Shown here piece by piece: positions 23,161-36,668 of a stretch of 64,000 bases of DNA. The position numbers and the translations under genes are program-made. This stretch comes from the human T2T-CHM13v2.0 reference genome, Homo sapiens, in assembly GCF_009914755.1 (NCBI RefSeq), contig NC_060939.1. The stretch is one strand, 5' to 3'. The notes below the pieces were generated by a model, which saw nothing but the letters and a program-made list of their open reading frames with translations, made no database searches and was not told the DNA's origin. Position 1 is the first letter of the stretch. The number at the start of each line of letters is the position of its first letter.

Positions 23161-24968
23161 TTAATTTCTTTGACTCTATCCTAAAGAAGTAATCCTAAAT
23201 ATTTTATTAAAACTTTGTGCATAAAAAGTTAAAATATCCTTTCAAAGGGTGTGCAGCAGTAAGATACTGGCTAAGTAAACTATGATATTATCTGGAAAGA
23301 ATATTATATTACCATTTTATCAAGTGTATGTGATAGCATGTAAAAATGCCTGTGTTATATAATATTAATTAAAATAAGGAATATAAACTATATTAAATAA
23401 TAGAATTATTATTATTGCGTTAAAGAAGGAAATATATAGGAATGAGACTGGAAGGAAACAATTGTTGACTAGTCTTGCAGAGAAATCAAACTCATTTCTC
23501 TCTCCAAACATGCCTCTTTACCAGTATTTCCAGTCCTATTTGATGGCCCTACTATCCACTATGCATCCTAAATTGCTGTAGCTATTTCACTTTCTAAATA
23601 TATCTTTATTGTTTTCCCCGTCCATCCTCACTGCCATTGGCTTGACCTTTTTTTCCAAGTTCTGATCTTCTCCCATAGGACTTAAGTAGTGCCCCCATTT
23701 GGTCTCTCTGTTTTAACTATTTGTTTGTTATTGATTTCTAGCTTAATTTTACTGTGGCAAGAGAGTATTCTCTATATGATTTTAATCATGTTAGATTTGT
23801 TGAGACTTGCTTTATAGCTCAATTTTGTATAATGTTCCATCTTCACTTATGTGTTATTGAATATATTAATTCTATATTATAACTTTATTTATCTAAGATG
23901 TTATTATATCTCTTTTAAATCATCGTTCATTTAAACTCACCCATATTCACTTTTTTTGCTCTTTATGCCTTTCGTATCTCACACCTTCTATGAGATTACT
24001 TTCCTTTGCCTGCAGTACATCCTCTAGAATTTTCGTTAGTGTGGGAGTGCTAGTTGCAGTCTCTTGATTTTCGTGTCTCTGAACATTTTTACTTTACCCT
24101 CACTCTCAAAAATATTTTCTGTTGGTACATAGAATTCCGGTTGGCAATTACTGCCTTTAGGAACAGTCAAAGATGTCTCCTGGTGTTGCGGGAAACAGAG
24201 GTCGTAGATAATTTGAGATAATCTCTACATCTCAAGATCCTTCACTTAATCACATCTGAGTACACACCTTATACCCTAAGGGTATAGCTTTTTGGGCTAC
24301 AATTTAATTTGGGAAAATCTTCTACTAAACTCTCCTCCCATTTGGGATTTGACTTCTATCTCCACCACCCTGTAAGTTTGCCAGAACCAAATTCAAGTTT
24401 TACAGGAATGACAGAGCCTTCAGGCCAAAAGTGGCTTTGATATTGTAGCTTTTTTCTTTGGATTTCAGCCTTCCCTTGGATTTTGGCCTGCTAGTTCTTT
24501 AAAATCTTTTCAGTTCTTCAGTACTCTTAAGGAAATTAAAACATATTTTATTCAGTATTTTTTATGTTTTCAGTATGAGCATTAGTTTAAATAATTTGCC
24601 TGCCATGGCACAAAGTTAAATCCCCAAATTCTTTATAATGACTACATTTTTATGTTAGGCAACATAAAAAATTATAGGTAAAACCTCAGTATACTTGGAG
24701 AGCAAACTAAATGACAAGGTAGTACGTGATTATTACTACAAAATGAAAATAGTGGCAATTAGCTCCTGTGAGTTTAGAAGGAAATAAAATCACCATGGAT
24801 TGAAATAGTTTGAAAAGTTTAGTGGCAGGAGTACAGTTTAAAGTGCAAGATAGGCCATTGGATTTTTATGAAATAGATTTAAAAATATTTGATTAATTTT
24901 TATGACTTCACCTTTATTCAGCTTCTGATAAAATCTGTGTGTCTGGAAACTATTTTGAGATATGAATC

Positions 24969-25666
24969 TATGGCGTTTTCATCTCTGTATTTCCCCTCTC
25001 CTGTGATCATTGCCTTAGAGGAGGTATGCAGATGAACAAAAAGCAGAAATAGTCCACAATTCTTGGTTGTTGCATTCCAAAAGTGTAAGCCCTCAGGAAA
25101 ACTTAAAGGGGAAGTTAAAAGAAAGGGAGATGTTTCCTAGGCATAAATGGCATGTTTCAAAAGAAACATGAAAGTACAAAGATCTACCTCAGACTAAAAT
25201 AACAGCTTCTTAGACTGAGGATAGGCGATGAAAATGAGATCTGTGGGGTCCAGAGATGAGGCACTGACACATCATCTTGTGCCACTAGGGCGGCAGCAGA
25301 GAGAAAGAGAGTAGCCAGAGAAAAATGACTCTTGGAGCATCTAGGCAGACAGGACATAAGCAGTCTTAAAAAGATCCCCAGGCACTAAACTGGCATAAAA
25401 GCAGCAGAGCACATCTAGAATTGTAGAGACCATTGGATATAGGACAACAGACTTCAGCGAGAACTGTTTAAGTTCCCTTTCTTACCCTGGCACTGTGTAA
25501 GACACTGAAATTATAGTACAACCCAGGAAGAAGGATATCTCCAAGAATGGCAGAGGTCAATTTTCCTGAGCCAGTGCAATGGAGGCTCAGGATTAGAAAG
25601 TTGAAATGTAGAAAAATAAAGTTGTATGTCTTAGCCAATCTCGTGACTGATGTTCAAATTACTACA
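24969..25666 (+). mobile_element. Probable ancient solo LTR (LTR78/79-like)
   Basis: Begins tatggcgttttcatc...tttcccctctcc, AATAAA near 25615, ends aattactaca. Family from recall only. Confidence 0.4.
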
Positions 25667-26132
25667 TCTTTAGTTCTCACATTTTCCCCAAGTTGCATCC
25701 AAGTGCTTACTAGAAATTTCTAGTTGGGTTTTGCATGTAATTTGGCATATTTATAACTATTTCACTAATATTTCTACTGAGGCAGAGGCAGATGAGACAA
25801 TTATTTCTATAGTCCCCTTCCTATAGTCAGGGGAGAAACTCAGGGATAGGGGAAATCCAATTTGAACAGAGTGGTTTTTACTGTTACTTAATGTCAGAAT
25901 GCTTTGTAATGCAGCATAGGACATGGAGGATGCTCTATATTTGACATAATGGCCCAAGTTTTCAATAAATGAAATAAACGTTATGTCAATAGGAGAACTA
26001 TGAATCTTTTTTATAGAAAGATTATGGTAAAGAAAATTAAACTTCAAGGTGGATGGATGCTATATAATAATTACTTAAATACTAGCCACAACTAGAGTAG
26101 AAACTTCCTACCATCATTCTTTTCCCCACTTT

Positions 26133-26242
26133 TTATGGGATCTGAGATTTAACCCTACTTGCATGCTAACATCTTAGCCTGACCTGGTTTCAGGGATGCT
26201 GGCAGAAGACACAAGACTCCTGGGTGAAAAGCAAAGAACTTA
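26133..26242 (-). mobile_element. LTR fragment split by L1MA (continues at ~29800-29930)
   Basis: gatgctggcagaagacacaagactcctgggtg...caaagaactt, resuming as acaaagtacattttggtcatggcacagcagacagcat after the L1. Confidence 0.55.
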
Positions 26243-29200
26243 ACTTTTTTAAAAAAATTATTTATTTTAATAGACAAGTGAAAAAAATATGTATATATAC
26301 TTGTGGTGTATAATGTGATGTTTTAATATATGTATACATCATAGAATGGCCAAACAAAGCTATTTAACATCGTAGTACCTCATATAATTATTTTTTATGG
26401 TGAGAACACTTCAAATATACTTAGCAATTTTCAAATATACAATATATTGTTATTAACTGTAGTCACCATAATGAATAATAGATCTCTTAAACTTATTCTT
26501 CCTAACTGAAATTTTTTGTCTTTTGACCAATATCTCCTCAATCCATATAACCCCATCAGACTCATGTAGTGACCATTTTCTCTCTGTTTCTGTAAGTTCA
26601 ACTTCTAAAAGTTCTACATATAAATGAGATCATATGGTATTTGTTCTTCTGTGCTTGCCTTATTTCACTTAACTTAATGTCCTCTGGGGCCATCCATGTT
26701 GTCACAAATGACAGGGTTTCCTTCCTTTTTAAGATTGAATAGTATTCCGTTGTGTATATATATATTTTCTTTATCCATTCATTCATTGATAAACACTTAG
26801 GTAGATTCAATATCTTGGCGACTGTGAATAATGTTGCAACATGAACATGAGAGTGCAGACATCTCTTTGACATACTGATTTCATGTCCTTTGGATATATA
26901 CGCAGTAGTGAGATTGCTGGATCATATGATAGTTGTATTTTTAATTTTTTGAGCAATCTGCATACTATTTTCCATAATGGTTGCACTATTCATAGTCTCA
27001 CCCACAGTGACAGTGTACAAGGGTTCCCTTTTCTCCACATTCTTGCCCACACTTATCTTTTGTCTTTTTGATAATAACCATTCTAAGAGGTGTGAGGTGA
27101 TACCTCATTGTGCTTTTAATTTGCATTTCTTTGGTGATTTTTTTTTTACTAGTTCGCTTTTTACTAGCTTTTACTAGAATTTTTTTTTACTAATTAGTTT
27201 TCTACTTTCTCATGTTTTTTTGTGTTACTAATAAGCATCTTTTTCTTTCAGCTTGAAGGACTCTCTTTAGCATTTCTTAGAAGACAGGTCTAGGGGTGAT
27301 AAACTCCCTCAGATTTTGTTTCTCTAGGGAAGTCTTTGTCTGTGCTTTATTACTGAAGGATACGTCTACCAGATACAGGATTTTTGGTTGGGAGTTTTTT
27401 CCCTTCAGCACTTTGAATATATTTTCTCACTCTCTCTTGGCCTGTAAGGTTTCTGCTGAGAAACCCATTGCTAGCCTTTTCAGAAATCCCTTATATACAA
27501 TTTGTTTCTTTCTCTTGCTGCTTTCAGGATCTTTTCTTTGTCTTTGATTTTTGGCAGTTTGATTATAATGTCTTGGTGTAGTCTTGTTTGTATTGAATCT
27601 GATTGGAGGCTTTTAACTTTTCCATACCTGCATATGTATATATTTTCCCAGATTTGGAAAGCTTTCTGTTAGTTCTTTAAATAAGCTCTCTACACTTTGT
27701 CTCTCTCTTCATCTTAACTCCTATAACTCTAATGTTTGCTTTTTTGATGCTATCCCATAAATCCTATAAGCTTTCTTCCTTCCTTTTCATTTGTTTCCCC
27801 CTTAGTGCATATTTTCAAATAACCTTTATTTCAGTTCCCTGATTCTTTCTTTTGCTTTATTCTGCTGTTGATGTTCTCTATTGCTTTTGTCATTTCATTC
27901 ATTGCATTTTCAACTCCAGAGTTCTTGTCTGATTTTTAAAATATAATTTCAATCTCATTGTTTAATTTCTCATTTTGGTCATTTATTGTTTCTCTGATTC
28001 TATTGAATTATTTCTCTGTATTTTCTCGAGGTTTTCTGAGCTTCCTTTAAACAATTATTTTGAATTCTTTGTCAGACAGCTTGTATGTCTCCATTTCTTT
28101 GGAGTCAGCTACTGGGAGATTGTTGTGTGCTTTTGGTGTTATGTCTTCTTGTTTTTTTCATGTTTCTTATTGTTTTATGTTGATGTCTATTCACTTGGTG
28201 GAGCAGTTGCCTCTTTCAGACTCTGTAAGTTAGTTTTGCTGTGGAAAGATCTTCCCCTACAAGAAGGGGGAATATAAAGGCACTTGCTGGGTAGGGTGCA
28301 GCAGTTCTGGCACCATTGAGGGTTCCAGATGTGTAGTGTCTGTGTAGCTCTGTCAGCTGAGGGTTGTGTTGATGAAGACTGCAGGAATCCTTCGCAGCTA
28401 ACACTGTGGCTATTCACAGTGGCAGTGAGGGTTGCTCAGTTCTTAAGCAGTAATTAATGGCTGCTAAGGTTCTCCTGGTTTCTTTTGCTCTCATAGGGGA
28501 AGTTGTGGCTGAGGGGGTTTCTCTTGGCACTGGGTCTGGCGTGTGGGCTCACTTGCAGTGGCAGTGGCACTGGTGACTGATGAGTGACCCCTATGGAGTG
28601 GCCATGGAGCTGAGGCCTGAAGCACAGACATGCGTGGACTACAGCTCTGGGATCTAGGGTGGTAATGGCATTGGTGCCCAGGGAGCAGGCACCCCTGCCA
28701 CCTCATTGGTAACAGAATGTGAGGCACAGATGCTTGTAAAGCAGCCGAGGAGCCAAGAATGGGAGCACAGACATGCTCGGAGTTACAAAGTCTTTGGCAT
28801 CAGGCTGATGTCTAGCTCTCTATGGCAGCTGAGCCAGTTCTGGAGTGTGGCCATGGGAAGCAAGGGATTGGCTCTGGAGTGTGAATTAGCTAACTATTGC
28901 AGTGTCTCTGGTGTCTGAGATGTGGGCAGACTCGATACAGCCATAGTGCCTGGGTCTGGAGAGTGGGTGCACGTGGAGCTGCCATGCCTCTAGGATTGGA
29001 GCACAACTGGGTTCGGGAGAGGTGTCAGCTTTTTTTCCAATGTAGTTCAAAAGCAGCTGCTTCTTGTGTGTCTGTTGGGGGGCAGAGGGGTGCAGGGAGG
29101 GTCATGCACTCACATCTCTCTCTCTCAGGTTCCTCTGTGTAATGGGTGTTCATTACCTCAGTGGCAAGAGATGCCAGTGTCCTCTGTAGAACAGGCTGCT

Positions 29201-29800
29201 AGGGATTGTGCTGATTCTTGCTGCATGGCTGATACCAATAGCCACCACCTTTCTTTTTTGCTCCTAGTGATCTCTTGGTGTCTCAGGTATGTTGATTTCA
29301 TCAGCAAGCCCTGCCCCCCCCAATTTTTTTCAATACAGGTCTTGCTCTGTCACCCAGGCTGAAGTATAGTGGTGCAATCATGGCTCACTGCAACCTTGAC
29401 CTTCTACGGTCCTCAAACAGTCCTCCCACCTCAGCCTCCCGAGTTGCTGGGACTATAGGCATGCACCACAATCAATACCAGCTAATTTTTTTAATGTTTA
29501 TAGAGGTGGGTTCTCACTATGTTGCCCAGGGTGGTCTTGAACTCCTGGGCTCAGGTGATACCCCAACCTCAGTCTCCCAAAGTGCTGGAATTACAGACGT
29601 GAGCCACTATGGCTGGCGACCAGCAATCCTTTCTATGTGGTTATTCTCCTTTTTTTTTTTTTCTTTTTCTCCATTGTGTTGCTGCAGATTCTTTAATAGG
29701 CTCTTGAGCCCTCTCTGGGCTATTTTGGTTTGTGACTAGCTGTCATTGTTTTTTTATGGGAGAATGAAGGCCTTTATCTTCTACTCTGCCATCTTGGTTG
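26243..29800 (-). mobile_element. L1MA8/9-like element: 3' end joined directly to ORF1 + 5' UTR (most of ORF2 deleted)
   Basis: L1MA8/9 3' UTR at 26260-27140. ORF1 antisense at 27230-28230. GC-richer 5' UTR ends ctctgccatcttgg (YY1-type caagatggc) at ~29785-29797. Confidence 0.8.
29324..29618 (-). mobile_element. AluJ inside the L1MA 5' UTR
   Basis: acaggtcttgctctgtcacccaggc...gagccactatggctggc. Flanks cagcaagccct / cagcaatcctt. Confidence 0.85.
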
Positions 29801-30277
29801 ACAAAGTACATTTTGGTCATGGCACAGCAGACAGCATAAGCTTTTATGTTTCCCTTTATCACCCAGTTTCCATGGGGATGATATGAAGGTGAGATCAGGT
29901 AGATTTTGCACATGTGGTGAATGTAAACCAAGTCCCAATTGAAGTATAAAGAGAAGTAAAGCTTCTGATAAGGAAATGATCCTGATGCACCTAGATGTTT
30001 TAGATTTAGAGTTATTCATTGATACAGATTGTAATATAGATTGAGACCCTTTTCTAAATACATATGTGAAAGATCTAGGTCAGAGATGTTGCAAGTCTGA
30101 GTAGGAGAAAAAGGGATGCTATTGACCTTCATTATGACCATAGAATGTGATTTGAAACTGAAGGACCAACGATGCTTGTTTTCACTTTGGATGGTTGAGA
30201 GGATCATTTACACTACCTTGTGGAGACCTCTTACTTGGTGGCAAGTTGATAACATAAGACAACATCCTCCCCCCTAT

Positions 30278-30580
30278 TTATTATATTTATTCATATTTTT
30301 AATTGACAAAATTGTATATATTTATGGTATACAGCATGATGTTTTGATATATGTATACATTATGGAATGGTTGAATCAACCTAATTAACACATGGATTAC
30401 CTCACATACTTATCATTTCTTTGTGGTGAGAATACTTAAAGTCTACTCTCTTAGCATTATTGTTATTAACTCTAGTCACCAAGATGTCCAGCAGATCTCT
30501 CTTGAACTTATATCTCTTGTCTAACTGAAATTTTGTATCCTTTAACCAACATCTTCCCAATTTCCCCACTCCCCCCAACT
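30278..30580 (-). mobile_element. L1MA8/9 3' UTR fragment
   Basis: aattgacaaaattgtatatatttatggtatacagcatg...aactgaaattttgtatcctttaaccaac. Confidence 0.8.
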
Positions 30581-30599
30581 TCTACCTTTGAAAGAGCAA

Positions 30600-31480
30600 A
30601 GATTCATTCTGACTATGATTTTCTTGGGTATGGGTATGTCTTTGTTTTTCATAGGGCTTCAGCCAATTCTACTCTCAGAGGGCTCATGGAGCATTTAATT
30701 TACTGATATGAGATCCCACATAACACGTCCTATAACAAAGGACCCACTTCGTGGCAAAGGAGATGAGGCAATTGGCACATGACTGTGGCATCCTTTAGTA
30801 CTATCACATAACAGCACAACCCACAGCTGTTAGCTTGCTAATGTGGTGACATGGCTTCAGGATGCCTCAACTGAGGCGCTGGCATAGAAATGACTTCCAT
30901 CTGAGAAAGAAGCACTATTCTTCATAATGCTGTATACATCTCAAAGTGATGATTATTATATGGTGCTATGTTCCCCATAGTTAGGATACATGGGTTCAGG
31001 AATGAAGGGGCAGAAATAGTAGTATCCTCATGCAGCATCATGTTCTTGGAGATTTAGGATCTGTGGGTCTACAGGTCTGTATTGCCAGGGGTGGCGTCCT
31101 CTTACCAAGGAACATAGAGTACCTATAAACTTAAAGCTATAGCTGCTTCCTGGTTACTTTGGGCTTCTGGTTCCTCTGTGGCAGCTGGAAGGCAGAGAGA
31201 GTAATGAACACACTGGCAGAGAGCATCATGAAGAGGAAGGACTATTGATATATATGGGGGAAGGAAGAAATGGTTTTGGTATTCAGGTGATCCCCTAGGA
31301 CATCTCTGAGTATTCCTGTGCCTGGTTTTAACACTATACAGGCAAAAATAGCAACTACAGCCTGGGAAGGGCCTTAGACCTTTTGGCAGTGAGGGTCTGA
31401 GCTACTCCACCAGGGCAAACCTAGACCACTGGAAATGTTTGTCAATGGGGAGGGGAATCTAGAATGAGTGGTAGAAGAGG
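30600..31480 (+). mobile_element. ERVL-class internal remnant (integrase core + dUTPase; ERV3-16A3/HERV16-like)
   Basis: With frameshifts it reads ASANSTLRGLMEHLIY*YEIPHN..KG/THFVAKEMRQLAHDCGIL*YYH (ERVL integrase: ASASTTIRGLTECLIHRHGIPH..DQGTHFTAKEVRQWAH) and PINLKL*LLPGYFGLLVP (ERVL dUTPase). Confidence 0.8.
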
Positions 31481-31489
31481 GAGATGTCC

Positions 31490-32210
<721 letters not shown>

Positions 32211-32308
32211 AAGACAGTCCCTTCTTTGCCATCTAAAAAATAAAAAAAATAAAAAGAAGGAAAAAACAAAAAGAAAAATCCTGGGGAAGAATTCTGACAG
32301 ACTTGGCA

Positions 32309-32939
32309 TGTAGTAAAGAATTTTCCAAAGAGAGGTCTGGCCTTTGCCCAACTACCAGGAAGTGATCTGTAGGCCCATGAATGTTCTGCCTAATATAAAT
32401 TCTATTCTAGAATGTTCTGGGGTGGGGGGTGTAGTTTGGCCACCACATGGCCTACAAATGTAATTTATGACGGGGCTTTGGGCCGCAGGGTATCAGTTTT
32501 GCCTCCAGAAGGGACTGGAGATTACAGGTATCAGCCTGACCTCAAAAGGTCAGCCATGCAGGCAGTATGTGATCAAGCCCTAGTAAAAACTCTGGTTACC
32601 AAAGGTTTGTGTGAGCTTCCCTGGCCAGCCATGTGTGTCTCACATTGTGGCTGGAAGGATTTAACACCATCCATGACTTCATGCAGGGAGGATGACCAGA
32701 AGCTCCACATTTGGATCCCTCCTGGACTCTACATGTCTCTTCCCTTGGATTTATTAATCCCTGTATTAAACCATAGCTGTGAATATAACAACTTTCTATG
32801 AGTTCCACGAATCCTTCTAGTGAATTATCAAGTATGAGGGTATTTGGGGAACCCCCACATTTGCAACTGGTGTCATAAGTGAGGGCAGTCTTGTGTAGAC
32901 ACTGCTCCTTCTGACTGTACAGTTGGATAAACTCTCACA
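32309..32939 (+). mobile_element. MER21C-like solo LTR
   Basis: tgtagtaaagaa...aggtctggcctttgccc...ccttctagtgaattatc...gataaactctcaca, with TG/CA termini. Confidence 0.75.
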
Positions 32940-34004
32940 CCTGGCTTGGGTCTTATCTCTACTACCCCTGGTGCCATGACTAGGACCATCTGGGTAAAGT
33001 GCAGTCCACTAGTACATATGATTGGAGCTGGGAGGGAGGGGAGCTAGAGGGATGGACTGTCAAAAAGATGTTTCACTTTCACTAGCGTTTTCTAAGACCC
33101 GTTATCTGCCCTGCCTTGACAGAAAAGTCTGCTTGTCCATTCAGATTGTAGCTGATCCTGCTTCTTGTCTTTTCCTTCCTTTCCTTTCCTGCATCAGGGA
33201 GAAACACTCTCCTCTCACTCCTAACCTTGACTCTTCTTCCTTCAGATGCCCAATGTATGTTTTTTGTTTGTTGGCACATCTAACATTATTTTACTTGGAA
33301 ATCAGTGATATATTAGTATTGTAGCCTTCTCAACTAATGCACATATTTACATCTCCTGTACTGTTTTTATCTCTGGCCAATGATTTTCTAATGTTAAAAT
33401 ATTCCTTTACAAAGAAGCTTCTTTGTTAACAGAAATAATATGGCATCCATATCAACTTCTTTACTATCTTAAGGAGCCTTTGGTAATTTTCATTTAAATT
33501 TTTATAATCCTAGCTAATAATATTACCTCATTCCTTGGCTTTTCCTGTGTTAGTTGATGTGAGGGGCTTGAGAGTAGCTGGGAGGAAATACCATGGTAAT
33601 GCTTGGGTATAACCCAAACAAAGGAAATATAAATTGGAATTTGAATATCAGCAGATTTCAAACACAAATTCTGTTTCACTTAGGGTTAGCTTAGGAACTG
33701 GGGTAGTATATCTATATACCAATTAGGGAGGTAAAAAGGCAGACACTAAGAGACCAAGGTAGAGACTGACAAGGGTAGACATTATCTAAAGCTTTCACTA
33801 ATACCTAAACTTAAAAGGACCAGTTAACATGAGAACATCACAGTAGTGAAGGCTGTATGTTTTTTCATATATATATATGTTAAAGTAAGCCTAAATATAT
33901 ATAAATATACTTTTTTCCTTAACTAGTAATAAACTATATATTTTTAATTCTATAATATAAGCCTATTTCTTCTCAATTGCTTTATGGAACAAGTGCAGTA
34001 TCCA

Positions 34005-34195
34005 GAAACAGACACAGTTCTGACCTTATTAGCTGAAGGACTGGGGACCATTTATTGTACCTTTCTGAGTCTTAGTTTCCTTACCTATAAAAATAGCAAT
34101 AAGTATAAACACCTTGTAGGATTGTTGAGAGCATTATAGATAATTTACAAAAAATGTTTGGCCCACAGAGCTGCTTTGTAAATGTGGCTATTACT
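34005..34195 (+). mobile_element. MIR
   Basis: Core ctttctgagtcttagtttccttacctataaaaat...taggattgttgagag. Confidence 0.7.
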
Positions 34196-36339
34196 AATAG
34201 CTATTATAACATTCTGGGTTTTAAAAAAATAACTCACCAAGTATCCTTATGGAGGTATCACTCTGATGTTCTAACTGGATATACCAGCTAAGCTGGTGTC
34301 CAAGTAGAAACCATTCAATTTTGGGTGTTCCATCCTTTCTGCATCTTGAGTAACTTCTTGAGGACCAGGCTGCTTACTAGTTTCTGCCTTCACTGGCCCT
34401 GCTCCTTTAAAAGCACTGTCATCTCCACCTGATATTTAGTCTCACCAGGTTCCTGACCATCTCATAGCTATTGCTTTTGCCTTTGTACCTAAAGGAGGCG
34501 ATATTTTATCAGATTCAAACCACAGCCATTGGAGTATGGGATTAATTTTACTACTTTGTATGCCTAGGGAGAGTCCTGGCTTCTCATATGTCCTAAAGCC
34601 ACAGTCTTCTGCTCATTCCTCTGTGTTATCCCAGGCCATTTGACCGGATTTTTCCCTTAGTTAACTGTTCAGAATTCAAGCTCCCCATTGGGACAGGAGC
34701 ACTGGAACCAAATCCATGTGAATGAGATCCTAACAGCCTGCTCTTGAGGGGCTGAATCTTTTTTCCTATAAACCAAAGGCTTTGTTACGCTTCTGCTCCT
34801 AAAATCCCAAACTGCTGCCTCTCCTGGCTTCATATTTTCTACTCTCTACCTCTGCCCACTGGAATGAGCCAAATTTCAATGCGGACTGAACTGGCGGTGA
34901 ATTTGCCATTTGAATACTAGCTTGCTACCCTGTGACCCAATCCTATAAGTGGATCAGTTCCTCCTTCTGTTCCATCTTAAATTCAAGTCTCAGTATACCC
35001 CACGGCCCAGCTTATACAAGCATCAGCTGCTAAGTGCACCCCAGTATTATATCTTTTTTAAAATTCACATAAATTACATTCCATATAATACCTTGTAAAA
35101 CTACCTGTATTACATGTATGCTTCTTTTAAAATCTAATTACCTAATTCTGTGACATTCATTCTAGTTTGTTACTGAATTTCAAATTCCATTTTGTTTTAG
35201 AGCCCTAGGAAAATTGCTCAAGTTTCTTTAATTAGTATCATTTTGGTTGTCAAATTTTCAAGATGAAGACGTTGTGTTTCAGCATTATTTAAAGCTAGGG
35301 CATTAAAATTAGCTGGGGATTTTTCAAGAATTACTCATTATGACCCAATTTTAAAGGTATTTTAAATGTAACATTTAAAAAGAATTATTAATGTCTGTAC
35401 TCTATCTCTTTCGGCTACAATATCTCAAAGTTATATAAAAAGTTAATTGCTAGCCAAAGGTTTCACTTTTCACTGTGTAAAATATAATGTCAACTCAATT
35501 GTCTGTATTGGGAAAAGCAGAGTTTGAGTAATTCAAAAGTAATTTATATTTGTCTTTGGAATGCTTTTGCCCTTAAATTTGAATATAGGTGAGTCTAACG
35601 TCTAGGGAATTCATGTCAAAATAAGGAAGCTGTATTATGAAGATCTCAAATCAGTAAACTGGTGAGTTCAATTATTCTACTTTTTTTTCTTTTTCTTTTT
35701 TGTTTTTTGTTTTGAGTTGCTCTCCTAGGTTGAAAGAAGCAAGTTAAGCTCAGTGTCGTTCCTCTTTGGTAGATTAGAATATTGAACGTAGATGTTAATC
35801 CATAGGTCTAGGAAGAGTTCCATAGAAGATTAGAAGCTGTTGAAATAAGAATTTTTGATCCCTATTGGGTTATGTGATTAAGCTAAAACAGCAACAACAA
35901 CAACAACAAAAGAAATACAGGAAACAGAAAAGGAAGATAGATTATATTATAGAAAAAATAATGTTTAGAAAAAATACTGTAGAAATTATATAAAGAGAAC
36001 AGGGAATGGCAACCGGCCAAGCATTATGTTGACTTGGAATGTACCTACCAAGTGCTGCATATTGCATGTCATGAGGATAGAGGTAAAACTGAGAAGGAAA
36101 TGAAATAATAAGCTAATGAAGTAAAAACTAATATCTTAAAAAATAGGGCGTCTCTTAAGTACTGGTAAGAAATACAAATATATGATATATAAAAACAAAT
36201 GCTCTTTTGTGTCATTTTGAATAAATTTTTACCATAAGCATCTTTTATCTATTACCCAACAACAAACTTGAAAATATATGCCTTGAAATTGAAAATCTAC
36301 AGAATTTGACAATAACAGCAAATGTTCTCCTAACAATAA

Positions 36340-36668
<329 letters not shown>

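Larger units (their letters stand above)
20940..23460 (+). mobile_element. Highly decayed L1M ORF2/3' fragments
   Basis: atcatctcaacagatgccaaaaggacatttaataaaat (RT region) and aatcagaaaactgcaaattaagg. Boundaries approximate. Confidence 0.65.

Noticed and set aside
35606-35770. Candidate exon pair (GIHVKIRKLYYEDLKSVN|W LKEAS*) around a 67-nt intron
   Set aside because: Weak first acceptor, intron at the lower size limit, early stop, and the T-tract may be a simple repeat.
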